Assembly (NCBI RefSeq): GCF_004296535.1
Contig: NZ_AP018159.1
Location: forward strand, 60,001 to 92,000
Length of the DNA: 32,000 nucleotides
Reading direction: 5' to 3'
Origin: Candidatus Saccharimonadota bacterium
Lineage (GTDB): Bacteria > Pseudomonadota > Gammaproteobacteria > Enterobacterales > Enterobacteriaceae
A program made the translations under genes and the position numbers. This document shows, one piece after another, positions 18,055 to 26,975 of this stretch. The notes under the pieces are model-generated. The model was not told the origin of the DNA. It did no database searches and saw only the letters and a list, made by a program, of their open reading frames with translations. How positions within the stretch are numbered: position 1 is the first letter of the stretch; every line of letters starts with the position of its first letter.

Positions 18055-18095
18055 ATTATTAATTTTAAAATTAATAATGTTTATATTTTTTTTTT
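18055..18095 (+). terminator. candidate intrinsic terminator after glyA (all-A/T hairpin plus T-tract)
   Basis: A perfect 24-nt palindrome, attattaatttt/aaaattaataat (18055-18078), is followed by a 10-T run at 18086-18095, 33 nt after the glyA stop. The stem has no G/C pairs, so its stability and function are doubtful. Confidence 0.2.
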
Positions 18096-18195
18096 ATTTA
18101 TAAATATATTATATTATATATAATAATTTTTTTTTTTAATATATAATTAAATTAAAAAAATAAAACATCTTAATAATATTTATATATAAATAAAT

Positions 18196-19689
18196 ATGAA
18201 AATAAATTTAATAAGTAATAAAGAATTTAATGAAAATATAAATTATAGAAAATCAGTATTTTCATATGTTTTTGATAATGAAAATTTTGAATATAATAAT
18301 AAATTAATATGTAATGAATATATTAAAAAAATAATAAAAAAAGAATTATTTTACAATAAATTGAAATATAAAAATATAATTTTATATGATATAAACGATT
18401 TAAAATTAGATAATTTAATAATAATTAAATGTATTAATAATTTAGAATTTGATGATTATGAATATAAAATATTAATAAAAAAATTTATAAATATATTAAT
18501 TGATACAAATATTAATGAGTGTTCATGTTTGTTAACTTTAATACCAGTTATAAATAGAGATTATAATTGGAAAATAAGAATTACAACTAAAATTATAAAA
18601 GATAATATATATAAATTTGATAGATTTAAAAAAGATAATATTAAAATTAATATAAAAAAAATAAATTTAATTCTATCTGATGATAATGATTTTGAATATT
18701 TAAATAATATTTTAAATGAAATAAATATAATTACAGATGCTATTAATCTTACAAAAAATCTAAGTAATCTTCCATCTAATATATGTAATCCATTATATAT
18801 ATCAGAAAAATGTAAAGAATTATCTTTAAATAATAGAGATATTTTATATGAAAATATTGATAAAAAAAAAATGGAATCTTTAGGAATGAACGCATATTTA
18901 TCAGTTTCTATGGGATCTAATAATCCAATAATGTCTATATTAAAATATAATGGATGTAAAAATAATTTTAAAAATCCTATAGTTTTAATAGGTAAAGGTA
19001 TTACATTTGATACTGGAGGAATATCTCTAAAAAACTCTTATAATATGGATGAAATGAAATTTGATATGTGTGGAGCCGCTTCTGTATATGGAATTATATA
19101 CGCTATAAATAAATTAAAATTAAATATTAATGTAATAGGAATATTATCATTATCTGAAAATTTAATTGATAAAAAATCATATAGACCTGGTGATATAGTA
19201 AAAACAATGTCTGGAAAAACTGTTGAAATTATAAATACAGATGCTGAAGGAAGATTAATATTATGTGATTCAATTACTTATTCTTATAAATTTAATCCAT
19301 CAATTATAATTGATATAGCAACATTAACTGGAGCTTGTATTATATCATTAGGAAATAATTTTAGTGGATTAATTTCTAATAATGATTTTGAATCAAATGA
19401 AATAATAGTAGCATCTAATGAAATAGATGATAAAGTATGGAGATTACCGTTAATAAAAGATAATCAAAATCAAATAAATTCTAATATAGCTGATATAAAG
19501 AATTTAGGAGATGGAAAATGTGGAACTATAACTGCTGCTTGTTTTTTATTTAATTTTATTAAAAAAAATTCCATTTGGATACATTTAGATATTGCTGGAA
19601 CAGCATATGATGAAAATAAAAAATCAACTGGAAGACCTGTTTATTTATTAACTCAATTTTTAATTAATAAATCAAAAAATATTAGATAA
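18196..19689 (+). CDS. pepA: leucyl aminopeptidase (M17)
   Basis: 497 aa with GKGITFDTGG, MKFDMCGAA and NTDAEGRL metal-site blocks. The N-terminal domain is highly diverged. Confidence 0.9.
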   Translation: MKINLISNKEFNENINYRKSVFSYVFDNENFEYNNKLICNEYIKKIIKKELFYNKLKYKNIILYDINDLKLDNLIIIKCINNLEFDDYEYKILIKKFINILIDTNINECSCLLTLIPVINRDYNWKIRITTKIIKDNIYKFDRFKKDNIKINIKKINLILSDDNDFEYLNNILNEINIITDAINLTKNLSNLPSNICNPLYISEKCKELSLNNRDILYENIDKKKMESLGMNAYLSVSMGSNNPIMSILKYNGCKNNFKNPIVLIGKGITFDTGGISLKNSYNMDEMKFDMCGAASVYGIIYAINKLKLNINVIGILSLSENLIDKKSYRPGDIVKTMSGKTVEIINTDAEGRLILCDSITYSYKFNPSIIIDIATLTGACIISLGNNFSGLISNNDFESNEIIVASNEIDDKVWRLPLIKDNQNQINSNIADIKNLGDGKCGTITAACFLFNFIKKNSIWIHLDIAGTAYDENKKSTGRPVYLLTQFLINKSKNIR

Positions 19690-19695
19690 TTTTTA

Positions 19696-22161
19696 ATGAA
19701 AATAGAAAAAAATTTTGAAATAAGTATATATAATTATTGGGAAAAAAATAATATTTTTAAAAATAAAAATTCAAACAATAATAATTATTCTATGATATTG
19801 CCTCCTCCAAATATAACTGGAAAATTACATATAGGACATACATTTCAACAAACAATTATGGATTTTTTAATAAGATTCAATAAAATGAATGGTAAAAATG
19901 TTCTATGGCAACCTGGATTAGATCATGCTGGAATTGCAACACAAATTTTAATAGAAAAAAAATTTAATAAAGAAAATTTTAAAAATAATAAAAAATTTCT
20001 AATAAAAAAAACAAAATCTTTTAAAAATGAATTAGATATTTCAATACTAAACCAAATGAAATCATTAGGAAATTTTATAAATTGGAAAAATATTAGATTC
20101 ACAATGGATAAAGATTTTAAAAAATCAGTTAAATACGCGTTTATAAAATTATATAATAATCAATTAATTTATAAAGATAAAAAAATTGTAAATTGGGATA
20201 TAAAATTAAAAACAGCTATTTCGGATTTAGAAGTTTCATATAAAAATATAACTTGTGATAGTTTTTTTATTAAATATAAATTATTAAATTCTAATAAAAA
20301 TGTAATAGTATTTGTTAATGAGTTAGAAAAAATATTAGGCACTACAGCTATTGTTACTAATAATATAGAATTATTTAATTCTTTTAAAAATAATAAAGCT
20401 ATATTACCTATAGTTAATAGAATAATTCCAATAATTTTTGATAAACATGTTAATGAATCAAATGGTAATTTTATAAATTTAATACCAGGTCATAATATAA
20501 ATCATTTTGATTTAGCTATTAAGCATAATTTACAAATTATAGATATATTTTCAAATAATGGAAAAATAAAAAAATATATTGATATAATAGATAAAAATAA
20601 AAAATTTATATATATAATGAAATTACCAAAAATATTATACAATTTAAATATAACAAATTGTAGAAAAAAAATATTAGATTTATTAAATTCATTAAATATA
20701 ATAGAAAAAAAAATAAGTGATAAATTAAATATACCATTTAATAATAGAAATAATTCTTATGTAATTCAAAAAATTACAGATCAATGGTTTATAAAAACAA
20801 ATACATTATTAAAAAATTCTATTAATTTTATAAAAAATAAAAAAATAAAATTTATACAAAAAAATTATGAAAAAATTTATTTAAAATATATAAGTTCTAT
20901 GAAAGATTGGTGTATATCTAGACAAATATGGTGGGGGCATAGAATACCAGCATGGTATGATAAAGATAAAAATATTTATGTTGGAAAAAATAAAAAAGAT
21001 CTGTTTAATAAATATAATTTAAATAAAAATATAAAATTATACAAAGATAAAAATGTATTAGATACATGGTTTTCATCTAGTATATTTAGTTTTGCATCAT
21101 TAGGATGGCCAAAAAAAACATTAAAATTTAAGTTATTTCATCCAACTAATATAATAATTACTGGTTATGATATAATATTTTTTTGGATATCTAGAATGAT
21201 AATGATGACTTCATTTTTATTAAAAGATGAAAAAAATAATATACCTTTTAAAAAAATATATATAACTGGATTAATAAATGATAAATATGGAAAAAAAATG
21301 TCTAAATCTAATAATAATGTAATAGATCCAATAAATATAATAAATGGAAAATTATTAAATAATAATAAAAAAAATTATTATGTAATAGATTCTTTAAGAA
21401 TGACATTATTATCATTAAATAATAGTAAAAATATAAATTTTAATATAAATAATATATATAATTATAAAAATTTTTGTAATAAATTATGGAATTCTAGTTT
21501 ATATATAATCAATAATTGCAAAAATATAAAAAAATGTAATTTTTATAAAATAAAAATAAAATTAGATATTAATAAATGGATAATAATTGAGTTAAATGAA
21601 ATTATTAAAAATTCAATATTTTTTATAAAAAAATATAAATTTAATATTTTTATAAATTTAATATATAATTTTTTTTGGCATAAATTTTGCGATTGGTATA
21701 TAGAAATGACAAAATTTTATTTCAAAAAATATAAAAAAAAATATATTAATGAAATAAAAAATGTTTTATTGTTTGTGATTATTAATATAATAAAATTATT
21801 GCATCCTGTTATACCATTTATAACAGAAAAAATATGGATATTAATTAATAATGATATTTTTTTGAAAAAAAAAAATAAATCTATTATTTTTCAAAATATT
21901 AATTATAAAAAAATTACAATAGATAGAGATAATATTTTAAAAAAAAAAATTATTTATTTGCAAGAATTAATAATTTTAACTAGAAAATATATAAAAAAAG
22001 GTAAAAATATTATAAATTATATTGTTTTAAATGATAAAAAATATTTATATATAATAAAAAAATATAAAAACATAATGATTTTTTTATTAAAAATAGATAA
22101 AATTTATATAAATTTTAAAAAAAAAAATATTAAAAATAATTATATTAATATTAAAATATAA
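19696..22161 (+). CDS. valS: valine--tRNA ligase
   Basis: 821 aa with PPPNITGKLHIGH, WCISRQIWWGHRIPAWY and KMSKS. It starts 6 nt after the pepA stop. Confidence 0.95.
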   Translation: MKIEKNFEISIYNYWEKNNIFKNKNSNNNNYSMILPPPNITGKLHIGHTFQQTIMDFLIRFNKMNGKNVLWQPGLDHAGIATQILIEKKFNKENFKNNKKFLIKKTKSFKNELDISILNQMKSLGNFINWKNIRFTMDKDFKKSVKYAFIKLYNNQLIYKDKKIVNWDIKLKTAISDLEVSYKNITCDSFFIKYKLLNSNKNVIVFVNELEKILGTTAIVTNNIELFNSFKNNKAILPIVNRIIPIIFDKHVNESNGNFINLIPGHNINHFDLAIKHNLQIIDIFSNNGKIKKYIDIIDKNKKFIYIMKLPKILYNLNITNCRKKILDLLNSLNIIEKKISDKLNIPFNNRNNSYVIQKITDQWFIKTNTLLKNSINFIKNKKIKFIQKNYEKIYLKYISSMKDWCISRQIWWGHRIPAWYDKDKNIYVGKNKKDLFNKYNLNKNIKLYKDKNVLDTWFSSSIFSFASLGWPKKTLKFKLFHPTNIIITGYDIIFFWISRMIMMTSFLLKDEKNNIPFKKIYITGLINDKYGKKMSKSNNNVIDPINIINGKLLNNNKKNYYVIDSLRMTLLSLNNSKNINFNINNIYNYKNFCNKLWNSSLYIINNCKNIKKCNFYKIKIKLDINKWIIIELNEIIKNSIFFIKKYKFNIFINLIYNFFWHKFCDWYIEMTKFYFKKYKKKYINEIKNVLLFVIINIIKLLHPVIPFITEKIWILINNDIFLKKKNKSIIFQNINYKKITIDRDNILKKKIIYLQELIILTRKYIKKGKNIINYIVLNDKKYLYIIKKYKNIMIFLLKIDKIYINFKKKNIKNNYINIKI

Positions 22162-22169
22162 AAAAAAAA

Positions 22170-22198
22170 TTGATTATTTTTTTATATAAATATATAAT
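22170..22198 (+). promoter_or_regulatory. candidate sigma70 promoter of tRNA-Ile(CAU) (TTGATT-N17-TATAAT)
   Basis: TTGATT at 22170-22175, a 17-nt spacer, then TATAAT at 22193-22198. The tRNA 5' end is 10 nt downstream (22209). Confidence 0.4.
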
Positions 22199-22208
22199 TC
22201 AATTTAAT

Positions 22209-22283
22209 GGCTCCTTAGCTCAGTTTGGTAAGAGCAAACGACTCATAATCGTTAGGTCGTTGGTTCAAATCCAACAGGAGCCA
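22209..22283 (+). tRNA. ileX: tRNA with CAU anticodon, most likely tRNA-Ile2 (lysidine-modified, AUA-reading) rather than elongator Met; no encoded CCA
   Basis: Cloverleaf: ggctcct/aggagcc acceptor, gctc-agtttggtaa-gagc D arm, aacga-ctcataa-tcgtt anticodon arm (CAT), gttgg-ttcaaat-ccaac T arm, discriminator A. The acceptor, anticodon-stem CGA/UCG core, variable loop and T loop are closer to E. coli ileX than to metT as I recall them. Confidence 0.85.
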
Positions 22284-22289
22284 TTATTT

Positions 22290-23858
22290 TTATTCATCTA
22301 AAAAATTTTTTAATATATCAGATCTACTAGGATGTTTTAATTTTCTTAAAGCTTTTGCTTCTATTTGTCTTATTCTTTCTCTAGTAACGTCAAATTTTTT
22401 TCCTACTTCTTCTAATGTATGATCAGTATTATTATCTATTCCAAATCTCATTTTTAAAACTTTAGCTTCTCTTTCTGTTAAACTTTTTAAAATATTTTTT
22501 ATTGCATTTTTTAAATCTTCTTCTGTTGCTAATTCTAATGGTAATTTATTTGATGTATCTTCAATAAAATCACTTAAATATGTGTCATCATCATCTCCTA
22601 TCGGAGTTTCCATAGATATTGGTTCTTTAGATATTTTTAATATTCTTTTTATTTTTTCTTCAGAGATTAACATTTTTTTTGACAATTCATATAAAGAAGG
22701 TTCTTTCCCTTCTTCTTGTAAAAATTTTCTAGAAATTCTATTTAATTTATTAATAGTTTCTATCATATGAACTGGAATTCTTATTGTTCTTGCTTGGTCA
22801 GCAATTGATCTAGTTATTGATTGTCTTATCCACCAAGTAGCATAAGTAGAAAATTTATAACCTTTTCTATATTCAAATTTATCAACAGCTTTCATTAAAC
22901 CTATATTACCTTCTTGTATCAAATCTAAAAATTGTAATCCTCTATTTGTATATTTTTTTGCTATAGATATTACTAATCTTAAATTAGATTCAATCATTAT
23001 TTTTTTTGCTTTTTCTGATTTATTTAATCCATTTTTTATTCTAAAATATATACTTTTTATATGAAAAATATTTAATTTTGAAATATATTCAATTTTTTTA
23101 ATTTTTAAAACAAAAAATACTTTTTTATAATAAAAATTATTATTTTTATCAATATAATTTTTAATATTTTTTAAATAATTATTATTATAAAATTTATTTT
23201 TATATCTTAATCTATTAAATTTAAATTTAAATAAAAATATATTTTTGATCTTCTTTTCATATTTATTAATTTTTTTTACTATATTATATACATATTTAAC
23301 TAAATAATTTAAAAAAACATTAGAAATTTTAAAATTTAAAAATATAGATTGTATTTTTTTTAATTTTTTATTAGTTATACGAGAATAACGTCCATATTTA
23401 TTCAAACAATAAATAAATTCATTATATTTATTATTTAAATATTTATATTTATTTTTAACAAAATCTAAATCTATATTACACTCATTTTCTATATCATTAC
23501 TATTTTTTTTATAATCTAAAAATTTTACTATTAATTCTGAAATTTTACTACTTTCATTATAACTATTTTTATATTCTTTTATGAATTTGAATAATAATAA
23601 ATGATATTCTGATATTGCAATCTGTATATCATATAATCCATATTCTATTTCTTTAGATATTTTTATTTCATTATCTCTAGTCAATAAATTTATTATTCCC
23701 ATTTCTCTCATATAAGTTTTAGTAGGGCTAGAAAATTTATTACTATTTGTATAAGTTAATTTCAATTCATTTTTATTATTATTTTTTCTAAAATTTACTT
23801 CTTCTTCATAATTGTTATTTTTAAAATTATTATTTTTAAAAAAAGTATCATTTAACAT
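22290..23858 (-). CDS. rpoD: RNA polymerase sigma factor RpoD (sigma70)
   Basis: 522 aa. The C-terminal half is near-identical in pattern to sigma70 regions 2-4 ([53 protein letters not shown]; [27 protein letters not shown]). The N-terminal and non-conserved regions are shortened and low-complexity. Confidence 0.95.
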   Translation of the reverse strand: MLNDTFFKNNNFKNNNYEEEVNFRKNNNKNELKLTYTNSNKFSSPTKTYMREMGIINLLTRDNEIKISKEIEYGLYDIQIAISEYHLLLFKFIKEYKNSYNESSKISELIVKFLDYKKNSNDIENECNIDLDFVKNKYKYLNNKYNEFIYCLNKYGRYSRITNKKLKKIQSIFLNFKISNVFLNYLVKYVYNIVKKINKYEKKIKNIFLFKFKFNRLRYKNKFYNNNYLKNIKNYIDKNNNFYYKKVFFVLKIKKIEYISKLNIFHIKSIYFRIKNGLNKSEKAKKIMIESNLRLVISIAKKYTNRGLQFLDLIQEGNIGLMKAVDKFEYRKGYKFSTYATWWIRQSITRSIADQARTIRIPVHMIETINKLNRISRKFLQEEGKEPSLYELSKKMLISEEKIKRILKISKEPISMETPIGDDDDTYLSDFIEDTSNKLPLELATEEDLKNAIKNILKSLTEREAKVLKMRFGIDNNTDHTLEEVGKKFDVTRERIRQIEAKALRKLKHPSRSDILKNFLDE

Positions 23859-23898
23859 AATGTAATTTATAATTTTTATTTAAAAAAAATATTTTTTT

Positions 23899-25653
23899 TT
23901 ATAAAACAAAATTTTTACTTAATTTTAGTATTTTTTTATTTAAAAATATTAAATATTTTTTATCTATATCATTTAATAATTTAATAGATTTTATTTTTTT
24001 AATTATATTATCATAATTATTATAATACAATAATAGATATACTTTATTTAAAACATGTAAAAAAATTTTATTATTGTTATCATTTTTTATCAATATATTT
24101 ATTTTAGATATTTTATATAAATAATTAAAATATTTATAATTTTTAAAAAATAAAAGTAAATTTTTATTTATATTATATTTATAACAAATAAATATAATTT
24201 TTAAAAAAATTATCATTTCATAATTATTTATAATCTTTAATTCTGATGGTATTATAATAAGTTTATGTAATTCTGGTTTATCTAGTAAAAATTTTATTAA
24301 AATCCTTATAGGATTATTGATAAATTTATTTATATATATATAATTTTCATTTTTTTTATATAAAAAACTATTTAATTCATTAATATCAATATTAAATTTT
24401 TTACAAATTTTTTTTTTAAAAAAAAATTTCATTAACTTACCAGGAATTAAATCAATATATTTTATCAAATTATTAATTATATTTATTTTATTATAAAAAG
24501 AATTTGAGTTATTTTCATAAAATTTAAATATAAAATCAAATATATCTATTGAAGAATTAATTATATTTATAAAATCTTCTTTTTTTATTTTTTGTAATAA
24601 AGAATCTGGATCTTCATTTTTTGGCATAATAATAAAACTTATTCTTCTATCATCTGTAAGATATAATAATATTTTATTTATTAAATTATATAATGAATTA
24701 AATCCTGATTTATCACCATCATAGCACAATATTAATTCATTTGTATTATTAAATAATATTTTTATTTGATCATTAGTTAAATTACATCCTAAAGAAGATA
24801 CAGCATAATTTATACCTATATTAAATAAAGATATTACATCAGTATATCCTTCTACTAATAATAATTTAGATATATTATTATTATATATTTGTTTAACTTG
24901 ATATAATCCATATATACAGTTTTTTTTTTTAAATATTTTACTATCTGAAGAATTTATATATTTAGGTAAATTTTTTTTATATAAATTTTTTCCTCCAAAA
25001 CCTATTATATTACCATTTATATAATCAAATATAGGGAAAATTAACCTATTATAAAATATGTCAATATAATTATTATTTTTTTTCTTTAATATCCCTATAT
25101 TAACTAATATATTTAAATTTATTTTATTTATTTTTAAAAATTTATTTATTAATAAATGTGAAGAATATCCTATATTAAATAATTTAATAACATTTAATTT
25201 CCATTTTTTTTTAATAAAAAAAAAACTTAATTTATAAAAATTAAATTTATTAAATAAATTTTCAATATATAATTTATTAATATTTTTCATAGATTCAGAA
25301 TATAAATTATATTTTTTTTTATATATATTATTACTATTTATATATATACCATTTAAACTAGATAATTCATTTACTACTTCTATAAATGTTTTTTTTTTAA
25401 AAAAAATTAAAAAGTTTATTATATTTCCATATACTTTACATCCAAAACAATAATAAAATTTTTTACTTTTATTTACAATAAATGAAGGATTATTTTCTTT
25501 ATGAAACGGACATATAGAAAAATAATTATTACCTATTTTAGTTAAATTAATATATTTAGACAAAATATCTATTATATCTGTATATTCTATAATTTTATTT
25601 ATAAAATCATAATCAATATTGTTATAATTATTTTTTTTCATTAATAATTTCAT
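23899..25653 (-). CDS. dnaG: DNA primase
   Basis: 584 aa with the zinc-ribbon CPFHKENNPSFIVNKSKKFYYCFGC and TOPRIM motifs (LVEGYTDV; CYDGDKSG). Position in the rpsU-dnaG-rpoD operon. Confidence 0.9.
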   Translation of the reverse strand: MKLLMKKNNYNNIDYDFINKIIEYTDIIDILSKYINLTKIGNNYFSICPFHKENNPSFIVNKSKKFYYCFGCKVYGNIINFLIFFKKKTFIEVVNELSSLNGIYINSNNIYKKKYNLYSESMKNINKLYIENLFNKFNFYKLSFFFIKKKWKLNVIKLFNIGYSSHLLINKFLKINKINLNILVNIGILKKKNNNYIDIFYNRLIFPIFDYINGNIIGFGGKNLYKKNLPKYINSSDSKIFKKKNCIYGLYQVKQIYNNNISKLLLVEGYTDVISLFNIGINYAVSSLGCNLTNDQIKILFNNTNELILCYDGDKSGFNSLYNLINKILLYLTDDRRISFIIMPKNEDPDSLLQKIKKEDFINIINSSIDIFDFIFKFYENNSNSFYNKINIINNLIKYIDLIPGKLMKFFFKKKICKKFNIDINELNSFLYKKNENYIYINKFINNPIRILIKFLLDKPELHKLIIIPSELKIINNYEMIIFLKIIFICYKYNINKNLLLFFKNYKYFNYLYKISKINILIKNDNNNKIFLHVLNKVYLLLYYNNYDNIIKKIKSIKLLNDIDKKYLIFLNKKILKLSKNFVL

Positions 25654-25663
25654 TTTTATATAT

Positions 25664-25825
25664 TTATTTTTTTTTGTTTTTTATTTTTTTTCTTTTAGAA
25701 GAAGGTTTTTCATAAAATTCTCTTTTTTTTAATTCAGACAATATTCCTGATTTTTCGCATAATCTTTTAAATTTTCTTAATGAAACCTCAAATATTTCAT
25801 TTTTATTTATTTTTAAAATTGGCAT
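25664..25825 (-). CDS. rpsU: 30S ribosomal protein S21 (short, 53 aa)
   Basis: Absent from the ORF track (under 60 aa). My hand translation of the reverse strand from the ATG at 25825 gives [54 protein letters not shown], with TAA at 25666-25664. It is collinear with E. coli S21 [47 protein letters not shown]. Confidence 0.9.
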   Translation of the reverse strand: MPILKINKNEIFEVSLRKFKRLCEKSGILSELKKREFYEKPSSKRKKIKNKKK

Positions 25826-25935
25826 ATTATAAAAAAAATTATTTAATTATTAATATAAATTGTTATTTAATATATTATAAAATATTTTTTTTTATTATAA
25901 TAATAATAATATTATTTTATAAATATTAATAAATT

Positions 25936-26967
25936 ATGAAAATATTAGGAATAGAAACATCTTGTGATAATATTGGAATATCAATTTTCGATTCTATAAA
26001 AAATACTTTTGTATTTAATAAAATATTTAATCAATTAATACACAAAAAATATGGTGGAGTTGTTCCTAATTTAGCATCTATTCATCATTCAAATAATATA
26101 TATGAATATTTTAAAAAAACAATAAAAAAATATAATATTAATATAAATAATGATATAGATTGTATAGCTTGTACAGCTGGTCCTGGATTATTTGGATCAT
26201 TAGTTATAGGCTCATGTTTTTCAAAATCATTATCTTATTCAATAAAAAAACCATTTTACGAAATAAATCATTTAGAAGGTCATTTATTATCTTCTTTAAT
26301 ATATAAAAAATATAATATAAATAAAATTTTTCCTTTCATAAGTTTAATAATATCTGGAGGAAATACTAAATTAATTTTTTCAGAAAAAATAGGTAATTAT
26401 AAAATAATAGGAGAAACTTTAGACGATTCTATAGGTGAAATTATAGATAAAATAGCAAAAAAATTAAAATTAAATTATCCAGGAGGTCCAGAAATATATA
26501 AATTATCAAAATTTGGTACAGAAAACATATATAAATTTCCAATTCCAATTATTAATAATAATAATTTAAACTTTAGTTTTTCTGGATTAAAAACTTATAT
26601 TATAAATATAATTGATAAATATAAAAAAATAGATAATAGATTAAAATATAATATATCTTTAGAATTACAAAATACATTATCTAATATATTAATTAAAAAA
26701 TCATTTAATTCTTTAAAAAAATTTAATGTAAAAACATTATTAATTTCAGGTGGAGTAAGTTCAAATATATTTATAAGAAAAAAATTTAAAACATTTTTCA
26801 AAGGAAAAAATATAAAAATATTTTTTCCAAAAATAAGATTTTGTACTGATAATGGTGCAATGATTGCTTATGCTTGTTATATGAATATTTTATATAATAA
26901 ATACTATTTTCCAAATAACAAATTAAATATATTTATTAATACAAAATGGTCAATAGAAAATGTTTAG
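25936..26967 (+). CDS. tsaD: tRNA N6-adenosine threonylcarbamoyltransferase TsaD
   Basis: 343 aa with ILGIETSCD, the metal site HLEGHL and the SGGVSSN and CTDNGAMIA blocks. Divergent from rpsU, as E. coli tsaD (ygjD) is. Confidence 0.9.
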   Translation: MKILGIETSCDNIGISIFDSIKNTFVFNKIFNQLIHKKYGGVVPNLASIHHSNNIYEYFKKTIKKYNININNDIDCIACTAGPGLFGSLVIGSCFSKSLSYSIKKPFYEINHLEGHLLSSLIYKKYNINKIFPFISLIISGGNTKLIFSEKIGNYKIIGETLDDSIGEIIDKIAKKLKLNYPGGPEIYKLSKFGTENIYKFPIPIINNNNLNFSFSGLKTYIINIIDKYKKIDNRLKYNISLELQNTLSNILIKKSFNSLKKFNVKTLLISGGVSSNIFIRKKFKTFFKGKNIKIFFPKIRFCTDNGAMIAYACYMNILYNKYYFPNNKLNIFINTKWSIENV

Positions 26968-26975
26968 TTTTTAAT

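Noticed and set aside
22582-22770. 62-aa plus ORF antisense to rpoD; likewise 26595-26801 (antisense to tsaD) and 29071-29262 and 29845-30036 (antisense to ileS)
   Set aside because: All are nested antisense to highly conserved genes and have no independent coding signature.
25651-25700. rpsU-dnaG translational fusion or programmed frameshift through the poly-A tracts
   Set aside because: On first reading I miscounted the A runs and obtained an in-frame read-through into dnaG. A careful base-by-base count gives a TAA at 25666-25664 with dnaG in a different frame. A fusion would need a net -1 or +2 slip, and a +1 slip only adds a few residues. There is no positive evidence for recoding.
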